Assembly (NCBI GenBank): GCA_028534125.1
Contig: CM052839.1
Span: forward strand, 31,372,001 to 31,436,000
From: Lama glama
Taxonomy: Eukaryota
Direction of reading: 5' to 3'
Length of the DNA stretch: 64,000 nucleotides
Every line of letters starts with the position of its first letter. The stretch's first letter is position 1. This document shows, piece by piece, positions 33,284-45,567 of this stretch. Made by a program: the position numbers and the translations under genes. The notes under the pieces are model-generated. The model saw only the letters and a list, made by a program, of their open reading frames with translations, had not been told where the DNA came from and did no database searches.

Positions 33284-33289
33284 TTTATT
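33284..33289 (-). terminator. Candidate distal RND2 poly(A) signal (a proximal AATAAA is also present at 35523..35528)
   Basis: AATAAA on the minus strand downstream of the RND2 stop. Confidence 0.45.
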
Positions 33290-36060
33290 TCATTAAATGA
33301 TTAACGAGGCTACATTGTTTCCCAAATGAGTGTCTAATTTGTGGGGGAAACAGCTGCAGAGGAGGAAGCTGGGTCTGACTCCTGCATCTGGGGTGGGGGT
33401 GGGGGAAAGGTCCCCTTCTTCCAGCCTGCAGGGGCCTTTAAGAAAATCTAGGAACAACCTCATTCCCTCCTCTCACCCTTTGGGTTCCTCAGCCCAGAGC
33501 ACGGCCCCCTCTCTAGAAATAAAACGTCTGGCAACCCAGACCTGCAGAGGGGACCAAAATCTGTTCCTGGTGGTACTGGAAATGTATTAAACTTTGGGGG
33601 TTCCTCCAGCTGATTTATCTTCCTAATTATGTTTGCTTTAGGCGGATATTGAAAAGCATTTCCATTCCCTGAGCACGGCAGGAGAGGGAGGTTGGGAGAA
33701 GGGGGGGCATAAACAGTCTGTACTTTGGTGGCTACAGGCTTGAGCCAGCTTTGTACCATAGTCCAAAGTGGAGATGAGAAGCCACAGCCAAAAATCCCAC
33801 GACAATTGTATGGCAGGTCTGGTCAGGGAGGGGTCAGTCCTCTGGGACCAGACTGAAATCCACCTAGCAGGGCCCCAACCCTCTCCAGCACCTCAATCCA
33901 GGACTCAGGGTCCTTGCAGAGGGTCTTGGAGTCAGGCCCTAACCAGGTCTCACTTTAAGAGGGTCAGGTGCAAAGTGCCCTTGCAGCTGTTCCAGAATCC
34001 TTGAGATTGGCCCAGATGGACCAGGACAGGGTCCTGCAGGAGAGGGAGGATAAGGAATGTCTGATGAGCCAGGAAGGGGATTTCCTTTCCTCTCAAGACT
34101 GGGCCCTGGCATGGGGAAGTGAGACGCTATTTTAGATGACATCTCAGAGCCAAAACCCCCAGCCCCCGTCACCTCATCCAGATAACCATCTATCTATCCA
34201 ACAACCAAATCTGGTCACTTCATTCTCTGCTTAAAATCCCTCGTGCCCCCTCACATCCTCAGAATGAAGTCCCAGTTCCTTTGTGGGCCCTGCAATTGCC
34301 TCACTGGACCTTCTCATCCTGTCTTCTGCCCTCCCACCATGGCAGCCCCAATCATGCCATGCTCTTTCTCATCTCCACATTTTCGCACATGCTATATACC
34401 CTCTGCTCAGAGTGCCTTTCCTACCCTTCCCTGCCTGGCAAATTCCTCTTCAACCCTCAAGGACCTGGCTCGGAGGATGGATTTCTGAGGTGGTAAGGAG
34501 CTCCCACAGCCAAAGCACCATCACACCTGGGCTACCTCTCTTCCCCACTGGGCTGGCCTTCACAACACAGAGACTGGTCCTTTCAGAATCCCAAGCCAGT
34601 ATCTGGCACACATTTGGTGCTTAGCGCACATTTGCTGAATGAATGAGGGAGGGGTGGGCTGTGAATTAGTGGGGGATCCCAGCAGATGGGAGGGTAAGCT
34701 CTGTGTTCTCTCCCAGAGTGTGTCTGAAGGACTGGCTGGGGCTGGGGGAGGGGAGAGCCATGGATGGTTCCTGGGGGAGAATGTCACCGAAAAGAGGCCA
34801 ATGGGACCAAAGCCAGAGAGGGAATACAGGACAATGTGAAACCAGACTCCGGAGAAAACAGACCAGCACTGTCTTTCCTGACAAGTGCTCTGGCTGGCCC
34901 CTCCGCCGGCTTTCCTTCTCTAGGGGATTGGGGAGATATGACCCTCAACTCACAGCTTGAGCTCCCTCCAAAATCATCAAGGAGCTCAGGATGGAAAGAA
35001 GGAGAGAGTCCCTGCCCTAGCCTCCAAGGAGACCCCAGAATCAAACTACTGTCCTGTTGGGAAACTTCACTTTGCACAGGGTCAGCTTCTGGATGTGGAG
35101 GCTTCTGATGCCCTCCCTACCCCCACAACTCCCAGGGCACCAGCAGATTCCAAGCCAGGGCTGCAGATGGTGAGCAAGGGCCCTGGACCACTTCAGCAGG
35201 ACCCCTCCCACATTAGCAGGGGACCCTAGTTGGGCTGAGTAATGAATTGCACATAAGTCCACTTTAAACCCCCTTAATGGCTTTAGGATTGTCTGGCTCA
35301 TTAACTGAGATGAATATTCCCAGGATAGCTCACTCTCCCATCTCTGGCTCCTAAAATGACACTGCTGATCCAATCCATAGCTTTTTCCTCTGCTCCACCT
35401 GTGGGCATCAACAGAGAAGTTCTTCCAAAGTCTAACTTTCCCTCCTACTGCTAGAGACTGGTAGATTGACTTTCTAGAAAGCAACAAAACTAAAGCCACA
35501 GCCGTTTTCCATGGACACGGGCTTTATTTGGGGACTGTTGGAGGATGGGAGAGGAAGGGAGCTAGGACTAGGGCAGTAGGTGGGAGAGAGGCTTCTCAAC
35601 TTTTTTTAATTTAATGCCTGTTGCCTGAAGGTTAGGATGAGTGAGAACAGCTGCAGTGAGAGGAGAGGGAAAGGGAAGGTCAGAGAATAGATACTTTCCT
35701 TAGGGAAGGAAGCCATGACCAGGACACGGGGACTGGAGGTGGGGAGGGAAGGCACCCTTCATACACTGAGACTCACCCAAGGTCACTGCTTGATGCCAGC
35801 TTCCCCAGGCCCCCGGCCCCATCCCAGCTCCCAGTCCAGATCCCTGCCCTGCTAGCTCCCTCAACTTGCTGTGGAAAGGAGCGGAATGAGGATGTGGGGA
35901 ATGGTGGCACCCTTCTGCCTCCAGCTCCCTGCCCAGGAGAATTGCTCACTCGCCGGCCCTGAAGTCCCAGCCAGAGTCAGGAGGTCAGGAAGCCGGGGGC
36001 CAGCAGGGGGACAACTGTGCCCTCATCTCCCTTCCTCACACTCTGCCCCCACCGGGCCCC

Positions 36061-36321
36061 TCACATGAGGTTGCAGCTCTTGGCTCTATCCTTGTGTATC
36101 TCGCCCTCACTCCCGTTCCCGTTCCCCCGGTCTGGCCGTCCAGCCAGCTGAGCAGATCGCTGCATTCCCCGTCGTGAATCAGTACGGCGCAGCTGCCTAT
36201 GGCCACGGCCAAGGGAGGCCACTGTGGCCACGTGGAAGACATCTCTGACACTGCGCTCAGAGGACCGGGAGGAGCATTCCACATAGGATACGGCCCCCAC
36301 CTGCTTGGCCAGCACGGTGCC
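36061..36321 (-). CDS. RND2: RND2 exon 5 (terminal coding part)
   Basis: ttccag|GGCACCGTG...SCNLM TGA. Confidence 0.95.
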   Translation of the reverse strand, partial: GTVLAKQVGAVSYVECSSRSSERSVRDVFHVATVASLGRGHRQLRRTDSRRGMQRSAQLAGRPDRGNGNGSEGEIHKDRAKSCNLM

Positions 36322-38947
36322 CTGGAAGAATGGAGTGTGCCGAGAAAGTTACAGGGCTTAGCCTGCATCTCAGCAAGGCGCAGGCAAGCTGAGGGCTGGG
36401 GATAGGGGGCGGTCAAGGGACCAGGTCAGAGGTCAGAGCCCAGGGCAAAGGATGAGCCAAGTGGGGGGTTCTCAAATCAGAGACTGAGATGGACAGAGGT
36501 GAGGGGTCTAGGCTGGGACTNNNNNNNNNNNNNNNNNNNNNNNNNNNNNNNNNNNNNNNNNNNNNNNNNNNNNNNNNNNNNNNNNNNNNNNNNNNNNNNN
36601 NNNNNNNNNNNNNNNNNNNNNNNNNNNNNNNNNNNNNNNNNNNNNNNNNNNNNNNNNNNNNNNNNNNNCCCCTTGCCACTATTTGAAGGAAGAAAACAAG
36701 AGTTATGGAGAAGTAGAGAGAGGTACATGAACGCTTGCTCACAGCATGCAAGAACCATGCACCCCTTGGACTCACCCATGTGAGCAAGGAGGTGAAATTG
36801 GTGGGTGTGGGCTGAAAATAGGATGGGGTGTGGGAGAAGGAGGGGGAGGAGAGTGACAGGGTGGGGCTCTGCTTCTACCTCAGTGGCCATGAAGGGTCTG
36901 CCAGCCTGGTACCATCCCATTCCCACCCTCTTTCCCAAATTTGTTCCTGGGAACAGCCCAATCCCACCCTCCCCTCCCCGCACCGGGAACTGGGGCTGGC
37001 TTAGCTGACTTCTGTACATTCACTATGGGCTTTTCTCATGGAAATGGCGGCCAGGAGGGGAGACCACAGGGCTTTACAGATCTCCAAGAGCAGCATTCCC
37101 ATCCTGTCCATCTGGGGCTCCCTCACTCAAGGCGATGGAGAGGGTGAATAAGGAGTCCCTTGAGTACTTCTCCCTGTTGTCCCCCATCTACCCCAGATGC
37201 CACATCCATCCAAGCTCTGACGACTGATTTCCAGGAATCAAGGTAGGGGGATGGGGAAGGATGAGAGCTTCACACATTCTAGCCGATGGCCATGCCTCAG
37301 CTGTAATTCTCTCCTCTTGGCCCATGTGGTGTCAGGACCATAGTTTCTGGTCCCTCCCTCTGGGTCTAGCTGTCCCACTGCCCCAGGCTCCCACCTTCTT
37401 GAGGACACTGTCCAGTGTTTCTGGTCGGCTAATGTCGAAGCAGATGAGCACAGCATCTGAATCAGGATAGGCCAGAGGTCGGACATTATCATAGTAAGAG
37501 GAACCTGAGAGAAGACAGGGAGGGAGGGAACAGACAAGGGTCCTGAGTGTATGGAAGGCCTGAAAGACAATGGGAGATCTTAGCAATCTTGGTCAAGGGA
37601 TTCTGAGCAGAGAATGGAAAAGAGCTGTATTTCTCCAAGGAGGTGAGCAAACAAAAGGGAGGTTAGATGGCAGAAAACAGCTCTCCACTTCCCTAGGGGG
37701 TACTCTGAAAGTAATCATTCTTCCTTGAGCCTTTGAGAGGCTCATGAAATCTCTCAACATTCTCACAAAATTTTGCATGTACTTTCTGAGCTTTGACAGA
37801 CATCTAAAGCCCTCCAGGGGAGCCAAGTAAAAATTAAAAAAAAAACACACCTCCTTTTTTGAAGGAGGGGGAGGGGCAGAGGCAGAGTTCTCCCGCCCTC
37901 TCGGGAACTGATCTCAGATTTCTATAGTTCAGTCTTGAGAAGCAGTTCCCTAGCCCCCAAAGAAATTCCAAATGTCTTTCCTAAACCCAGTTCTATCTCC
38001 TAAGAAACATGTTCCAAAATAAAAGCCATTCCTTCCCAACTTTCCCAGGTAGGTAGAACCCAGCTGAGGAAATCGGTTACTGGGTTTTCTGCCTCAGGAC
38101 AAGGTTTCCATATGTCTTTGAAAGCTCTGCCTCAGTTTCCCTGCCTTTAAGCAGAACATTGATTTTCCTTCCTCCTAGAATTGGATGGATGGACTGGGCT
38201 GACCTGGAACCTAAGGGTCTAGCCCATGGAGGGCTCGGAGTGGGGACCTGGGAAGTCAGGGTGACCCCGAGGNNNNNNNNNNNNNNNNNNNNNNNNNNNN
38301 NNNNNNNNNNNNNNNNNNNNNNNNNNNNNNNNNNNNNNNNNNNNNNNNNNNNNNNNNNNNNNNNNNNNNNNNNNNNNNNNNNNNNNNNNNNNNNNNNNNN
38401 NNNNCAGTTCCTCACCCCAGACAAATGCCTTCCTTACTCCCATACCCCGTGCAGCCCAGCCCCAGGACACAAGTTGGTCTGGTGTTGGGCAACTGGGAGA
38501 TCCCGGGAGCGGCTTCCTCAGCGGAATCTCTGCTAGGCTCCCGGACCCCCTCTCGATCCCTCCAGGCCCTAGCTCTTCCCCTCTCCAATGCACAGGACCC
38601 CCGACATGATCCTAGAGCCCTCTCCGGGACCTCTGGTTCTCCCAAACCCCATTCACCTCATCCTGCTCCCCTATTCTTCTCACCCCAGTCCTCTGCAGTC
38701 CTTCCAGAAACCCCATCGCCTCTCTCAGTCCTCCAAGCCCCTCTCGTCCCTGATCACCCCAGCACCCATTTCCGTCCCTCCCCTAAGCTCCAGTCACAGT
38801 CCCCTGCGGCCTCAGAGCCCCACTCTCAAGACACCGGTCCCTCACCCCGGGGTAGGCGTCCTTGGCGAACACCTGCAGCAACGCTGTCTTGCCGCACTCC
38901 GCGTCCCCCACCACCACGATCTTGCAGCGGCCGCTCTGCCCCTCCAT
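36061..38947 (-). CDS. RND2: RND2 (Rho family GTPase 2): exon1 38846..38947, exon2 in N gap 38273..38404, exon3 37395..37504, exon4 starts 36678 (rest in gap 36521..36668), exon5 36061..36321
   Basis: [34 protein letters not shown] (P-loop), [40 protein letters not shown]..., C-terminal CAAX SCNLM*. Confidence 0.96.
36669..36678 (-). CDS. RND2: RND2 exon 4, visible 5' stub only
   Basis: ccttcaaatag|TGGCAAGGGG (W-Q-G) then N gap. Confidence 0.8.
37395..37504 (-). CDS. RND2: RND2 exon 3
   Basis: ctcag|GTTCC...AAGAAG|gtggga; 110 nt. Confidence 0.95.
38846..38947 (-). CDS. RND2: RND2 coding exon 1
   Basis: accATGGAG Kozak; ends CCCGGG|gtgagg; 34 codons. Confidence 0.95.
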
Positions 38948-40492
38948 GGTCCCGGCTACTCGTCGGCCCCCCGCGTAGCCCCCCTCCCGGGCCCGGCTGC
39001 CGCCTCCCCCGCCGCTGCAGCTGCAGCCGCTCGGGCCGCCGACACCGGCATCCCTCGGGCCCGCGCCGAGCCCCCGCCCGGGGCCGCGGCACCCCCTCCG
39101 CCCCGCCCCCAACCCAGCGGCCGCGCCCCCGGCCCCGCCTCCCGCCCTCGCTGCCGGGGGGCGGGGCCCAGAGGATCTAGGCGGGGCCCTGAGAAACCAA
39201 GGCCTGGGAGGTGGTTTCTAGCACGCTGGTGTGGTCTGAGGGACCCCTGCGCGTTTAAGGCAGGCCGAGCAGAGTTTTTTGACCAATTTGATTTCCTTAG
39301 GGGTGCGGACGAAGTGGAGTTCGGGAAAGTTCTGAGAGGTAGGGTGGGAGCGAGGCTTGGGCCTTCGGCGTGCCCACGCGTGCACGCCGGTGTGCTAGTG
39401 CGGACACGCGCGGGGCAGCCATCCACTTTCTGAACAGGAAGGGGTGCGAATTGATGGGGGTGAAGGGAATCTTTTGGTTCGGTCTACTTCCTCCACACTC
39501 AAGTCCAGGCAGGGAGTCTTGGGGATATGTAGGCATGGACTCCAACACACCCACTCGGACAATGGTGACATCATGGCTTTCCGTCCCCATGGTAACGGAT
39601 GGCCTGGTCTGAGGCTGCAGTGATTTAACAGCGGGCCTGGACTAAGAGGGAAGCGTGGACTGTTTCAATAGCCAGGCGAACGGTGAAAAGTTTTAGGGGA
39701 GCTGCGTCCTCTGGTGGATGCTTGGGGAGACGGAGATCTGAAGAAAGAAGAGGAAGATTAACTGCCCAGAGTGACAGTCCTTCTGGAGCCAGAGACAAGC
39801 TCTAAAGTTATTTCAGGCTGGATTATTAACGATAATCAAACCTCTGTTTTTCATTTTGCATGGCACCTTTTACCTTTTAAAAGCACTTCTTTAAATAGAG
39901 GATACTCGATTTAATTTTATCTTAACCCTGAAAAGATAACTAGAGCAAGCAACATCGTCACCATTTTACAGAAGGGAAAATTGAGGCACAGAGCTTTAAC
40001 AAAGTCAGATGGAAAGTTTTAAAGGCTTGGTCACCCTACTCCAAGTTTGCCATTGCAAGGCCACACAGAATGGGTCACATATGGGTAGAGTCGGGGCCTG
40101 AGAAACAACTTGGTTGGATTTCGCTCCACAGGTGGCTGGCTCCCCACATCTGATGTAAGCTCAGGTTTTGGGATCGTCCTTCAGACTGTCCCCTAACATA
40201 ATTTTAACTTATTTACTGTGAATAAGTAAGTAAATTAACTAGCGGTCTGCCTGATGCCAAGAATGGCCTCTCGCGGGTGAGTCCCCACTCGTTCTTGGTC
40301 TCCAGCAGCGGTCCCGCAGCAGCCGCATCGTGGCCCTGGCCCTTTAAGTTCGCTCACGAAGCCCCGCCCCCGTCCCAGCGCCCCGCCCCTCCCGCTCAGA
40401 GTCCGCGGCCTTCTCTAGTCTAGACTCGCTCCCCGCCCTCCCCAGCTGTGCGCTCTCGGTGCAGCTGTGCGCGCAGTTCGGGAGTCCCAGCC

Positions 40493-40900
40493 ATGTCCGC
40501 CGAGAGAGAGGTAGCTGAGGCGGCCACCGTGGTGGCGGCGGCCGAGGCAAGGGCAGGAGAAGACGCCCCTTCGCAGCCCCTGAAGGCGGAGGCAACCGGC
40601 GAGGCCCAGCCATCCGCGGCCCCGGAAGGGGCCGCCGCCGCTTCGCCGCCGCCGCTGCGCTGCCTGGTGCTCACCGGCTTCGGCGGCTACGACAAGGTGA
40701 AACTGCAGAGCCGGCAGGCCGCGCCCCCGGCCCCCGGGCCAGGCCAGCTGACGCTGCGCGTCAAGGCCTGCGGGCTCAACTTCGCCGACCTTATGGCCCG
40801 ACAGGGGCTGTACGACCGGCTGCCGCCGCTGCCCCTCACTCCGGGTATGGAGGGCGCGGGCGTGGTAATCGCTGTGGGCGAGGGAGTTAACGACCGCAAG
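40493..40900 (+). CDS. VAT1: VAT1 exon 1
   Basis: gccATGTCC...CGCAAG|gtgagc. Confidence 0.95.
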
Positions 40901-43900
40901 GTGAGCGGGCCACCTCTGAGCAGGGCAGGGAAAGGTCGCGCAGGCCACTGGGTAGTGGGACACGAGTGGGCGGGCGCCGGGGGTGTGGCAGGGCGGGGGA
41001 AACTGGCACGAATACTGGTAGACGGGCATGGAAGGCGAGGGAAAGGAGCCTGTGTTCTGAGGCTCCTGGAGAACTGGATTTGTATTTGGGGATGGGGGTT
41101 TGAGATGGAGTTATTGTCCCCCTCCCTAAACATTTTAATTGTGGCCGCCGCCCAGAATCGGTGGTGGTGGTGATGGGTGGGTGAGTGGTGGTGGGACGGG
41201 GGGAAACAATAAGACGCCCATGCGCATGCGCACAACGACCTTTACACCCCCTCCCACCACCAGTAAAACCACAACTGTACCCCTGCCCACTAAACACTCT
41301 GAGGGTAATTGTGGTCTGCGACTCAGAGTGACGATTGGGGCCTTTTTCCCCGAGGGAGCTTGAAGAGCTATGTAGTCGGGCTGGGCGGGTGCACATGGCC
41401 ATGCCAGAGCCCTAGTCACATGCAGCCCCGTGGTCTGTGGGGGTGTGAGGCGGCCCCTCCCAGAGCAGGGCTGTAGAGACAGGCCCGCCCGTCCTGGAGG
41501 AGTGGGAGCCTGCCACCGCCCCCTCCCTGCCCTGGCCTTACACTGCCGGTCTGATCGCGGGGGTAGGATTGGGGACTGGGCGGGAAGAAGAAGGGATCGA
41601 GATTGGATGTCTGGATATTTGTCTTGGGCTCTCTGTCTGCAATATCTCCTACAGTGACTCAGCCAGCCGGCCACGACCCGGGGCTGCCCTTGGGAACTTT
41701 GGGCGGAACCGCCTCTGCCTTCCTCTCGGAGGACCCTCGCCTCAGAAACACATTTGGACAGGGGAAGGGGGTGTGGCACCATGAGCAGGCTGGCCCAGCT
41801 CTGCCAGTCTGTGTCTCTTTTTTTGTTTATCATTAATCTTGGCCACAACCCCAGACACTACAGAGTTCCAAATGACCAGCTTTTTGAGAGACCTTTGCCA
41901 GTCGTTTTTTTAGGGGGTTCTTTTCAAATCAGGCCCCTGCAAGAGAGGCCCATCAAATGCAGCCCTCATCTTGCCAGACCTGCAGGTCCCAGATCCCAGA
42001 AGTGGAATTCTTGAATTTATTGTACAGGCAAACATCTCCTTCCTCCTTAAAGGATTTCTCCCTGGATTCAGCTTTGGCCCCACCCTTTCCACTGACTTCT
42101 AAATAATCCCACTCTGAGAAGATGCTAAGAAGATTTTTTATTTTTGGTTGGGGGAGTTATAGTTATGTTACTGTAACTGCTGAAGGCCACCCACCTAACC
42201 TCTTCTGCGCACACTTTCCACTTCATAAGTATAGGATATCCTGTCCAGGGCTAGAATCTAATGTAAGAGGTTGGATTCTGTGGGGAGAGCTCTCCCTTCT
42301 TCTTGATACCTGGGCTGGGGAGGGGTCACGGGCCTCCCCTGTGATGTTCTGAGGTCCAAGCATTAACCCGGGTGAATGGACCCACTTCTGGGCCAACCCT
42401 GGGACTGGCCACAACCTGGGCTGACCACTGCACTTTTCCCAGCTCTCCTGGGCTATTTCTGAGTTTGCTAGTCCTGAGTCCTGGGGAGGGATGCTTCCAT
42501 TCCCTAGACCTTATCTCAGGCCAGTGCTTGCAGAGGAAGATTCTAGTCTGCTCTCTGTACTCCTCCTCAGTGGTGGTTCGGGGCTTGAGGACATGAAAAA
42601 GGGTATGTGTGGGAGTCCCATTTTTCTGCCCCACGGATCTCAAGTCTTGTTAATATACAGAATTCCCATCATTCCTGGCAGGAACCAAGACAGACCCGGA
42701 TTGTCCCTTAACAGCACCCACACCTCTCTCTCCATGCTCTTCAGGGAGCCAGGCCTTCCTCCTGAGACTGCCCCCTTTTCCCTGTCCTCCCCTTGACCCC
42801 AGTTTTTAAGCTGGAGGGGAAGATGCTGTTTTCTTTGCTCCCTTTTCCCTCCTGAAAGGAGGCTCTTGTGCAGGTGGCTGAGGGTGTGGGCAAGGGGGAG
42901 CGGATGCCTTTTCCTAGTAGGTGGGATCATGTGACTTTCCTTGTCTGTCACCCCTCCCCCTATCTCTGGGTGAAGGTTCTTTCTGAGCCCTCAGTACTGG
43001 CTCAGATTCTTCTCCTGAGGTAATCGCACCCAGCCCTAGCTGCTGCACTTTGGTGTGACCCTAACCAAGCACTGCCCTCTTCCTTCATCGTTTGGATTGG
43101 TGACCTCCCCTCCTTGTCACTGCTATTGTCATCACTGTGGTCATTATTATTAGCTAACACCTCTAAGTTCTCACTGTGTGCTGGACATTAGGCTAAAAAT
43201 CACTGAGTGATTTTTTTGCCACTTAATTCTCATTAACTGCCCTGTTTTACAGATAAGAAAACGGGCCCAAAAAGGTTAGATAATTTTTATTTGCCCAAGG
43301 TCAGACTGGCAATACAGTGGAGCCCATTTTTAAACCAGTGCTTCATGCTGCCCCAACTGGAAGCTTCTTGCATTCAGGGATCTTACACAATAGCAAAGTG
43401 TAAGATCTGTCAGATGGAGATGAGGATTATATCTACCTCAGGGAGCTGATGAGGATTAATTGAATGTTTGTATATAAAACACAATAGGGCCTGGCCCTTC
43501 CTGGGTAAACAGCTGATAAAGGTAAGTTGTTGTTTTTGATGATATTATTATTATTGTTGCTGTGAGTACTGTCGGGAAGAGGGCCTTGTGCGTAGTGGAA
43601 GGGTGAATGAATGATGCTCTTTTTCCACTCTTCAAGGTAGGGGATCGGGTGATGGTGTTGATCCGGTCAGGCATGTGGCAGGAGGAGGTGACTGTGCCTT
43701 CGGTCCATACCTTCCCGATGCCAGAGGCCATGACTTTTGAAGAAGCTGCTGCCTTGCTGGTCAATTATATCACAGCCTACATGGTCCTCTTTGATTTTGG
43801 CAACCTACGACCTGGCCACAGCGTCTTGGTACACATGGCTGCAGGTGACAGGCACCCTCCATTTATCCCCCTTCCTTACCCCACTCAGATTTCATTCCAG

Positions 43901-45567
43901 GCCCCTTCCCTGCAGCACGTCTGGACTGTTGTCATGGCAACACCAGGCTGCTTCATCCTATGGTGCCCAGAGGCCTCTGCAGTGTTGTTGCCGTGGTAAC
44001 ATTCAGGCACCAGGTCCAGCCTGGTGTGCTATCCATAGCAACGTGCCCTTGCTCAGCACCCCCTCCTTGCCAGCCACCCTCCCCCCAATTCTCAATCTTG
44101 GAAATTAGACATGGGATGAGGGGAGAAAGCCTCAAGAGTCCAGGCAAAATGGATGGGCTGGATCCTTGAGAGGCGAAAGGGAGGGTGGTGGCTGGGTGAC
44201 TCCATACCCCCTCCTTATGAAAGTGTCTTGCTTTAGGGGGTGTGGGTATGGCTGCCCTGCAGCTGTGCCGGACAGTGGAGAACGTGACGGTGTTTGGAAC
44301 GGCCTCAGCCAGCAAGCATGACGTGCTGAAGGAGAATGGAGTCACACACCCCATCGACTACCACACGACTGACTATGTAGATGAGATCAAGAAGATCTCC
44401 CCCAAGGGTCAGGGCATGGGAAGGGGTAGGATGGCATGGGACAGGGAGGGGGTCTCCAGATCTGAGGATCCTAATGCTGTTCCTGGGCCCCTTCCTCTGT
44501 GACAGGAGTGGACATCGTCATGGATCCTCTAGGGGGAGCAGATACTGCGAAGGGCTACAACCTCCTCAAACCCATGGGCAAAGTGGTCACTTACGGTGAG
44601 TCAGTGGGTCAGGGATGGAGTAGGAGGGAGAAGCAGGGTGGACCTGAGAGGTGGGACATGGGGCCCCCAGCTTTTGAATGCAGGTTCCTGTGTTCTGTAG
44701 AAAGCACCAGGGTTAGGATGGTCCTGGATATTGCATTCAGATTGCTGTCTCCTGGGTGCAGCTACCCTCTTTCTCTTTCATGAGTCACAGCCAGTTCTGG
44801 TTCTTAGTTGTGGATTATTCCTGATGCAATATCACCCAGTCTGCTTTGCTCTGCCCTACCTCCTGGGCTTCTTGAGCAATTATCATTCAAAAAACTACTT
44901 CACACCAAAAATAAATAAATGAAGATTAGAGCAATTTTTGAGTCAGCTAAAGTCCACTTAGGCCAGGTAGCCAGCAGGTGGGAGGGTCTCCTGTCACTCC
45001 TGGGCGCTGGTATGGATAATTGTAAGGGGCCCGCAAGGGACAGAGGAGTGTGGGTCCAGACATACCGGCATGTGCCTGGCACCTGGATTCACAGGCTGTA
45101 CGTCCTCGCCCCTCAGGAATGGCCAACCTGCTGACAGGCCCCAAGCGGAACCTGATGGCCCTGGCGCGCACATGGTGGAATCAGTTCAGCGTGACAGCGC
45201 TGCAGCTGCTGCCAGCCAACCGAGCTGTGTGCGGCTTCCACCTGGGCTACCTGGAGGGCGAGGTGGAGCTGGTCAGCGGTGTGGTGGCCCGCCTCCTGGC
45301 TCTGTACAACCAGGGTCGCATCAAACCCCACATCGATTCGGTGTGGCCCTTTGAGAAGGTGAGTGTGATGGCTTTGCAGGGAGGGCCCAGGTAGGACCCA
45401 GGAAGGCTGGGGTCCCAGGGGGAGGCTGCCTGGGAGGAGGGGGGCCAGCAGCACTGGGGGCAGAGTCTTGTCTTCCTCTCCAGGTGGCAGATGCCATGAG
45501 GCAGATGCAGGAGAAGAAGAATGTGGGCAAAGTCCTCCTGGTGCCTGGGCCGGAGAAGGAGAACTAG
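40493..45567 (+). CDS. VAT1: VAT1 (vesicle amine transport 1, MDR/quinone oxidoreductase family), 400 aa: join(40493..40900,43637..43844,44237..44407,44506..44595,45117..45358,45484..45567)
   Basis: Six GT-AG exons total 1203 nt; LRVKACGLNFADLMARQGLY, VLVHMAAGGVG (NADPH-binding), KKNVGKVLLVPGPEKEN*. Confidence 0.98.
43637..43844 (+). CDS. VAT1: VAT1 exon 2
   Basis: ttcaag|GTAGGG...GCTGCAG|gtgaca; 208 nt. Confidence 0.93.
44237..44407 (+). CDS. VAT1: VAT1 exon 3
   Basis: ctttag|GGGGTG...CCCAAGG|gtcagg; 171 nt. Confidence 0.93.
44506..44595 (+). CDS. VAT1: VAT1 exon 4
   Basis: gacag|GAGTGG...TTACG|gtgagt; 90 nt. Confidence 0.94.
45117..45358 (+). CDS. VAT1: VAT1 exon 5
   Basis: cctcag|GAATGG...GAGAAG|gtgagt; 242 nt. 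Confidence 0.94.
45484..45567 (+). CDS. VAT1: VAT1 exon 6 (terminal coding part)
   Basis: tccag|GTGGCA...AACTAG. Confidence 0.95.
   Translation: MADAMRQMQEKKNVGKVLLVPGPEKEN

Larger units (their letters stand above)
38780..41000. promoter_or_regulatory. Head-to-head RND2/VAT1 promoter region with two CpG islands (about 38780-39430 and 40270-41000)
   Basis: High CpG/GC content around both start codons; GC boxes (CCCCGCCCC) at about 40362-40390 and near 39100. Confidence 0.8.

Noticed and set aside
40493-40660. VAT1 N-terminus longer than human
   Set aside because: The Ala-rich N-terminus is length-variable in mammals, and the longer form is recalled in other species.
38425-41848. Long ORFs (150-280 aa) in several frames around the RND2/VAT1 promoters
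   Set aside because: By-products of GC-rich CpG islands overlapping real exons; low-complexity Pro/Arg/Gly content and no recognisable domain.
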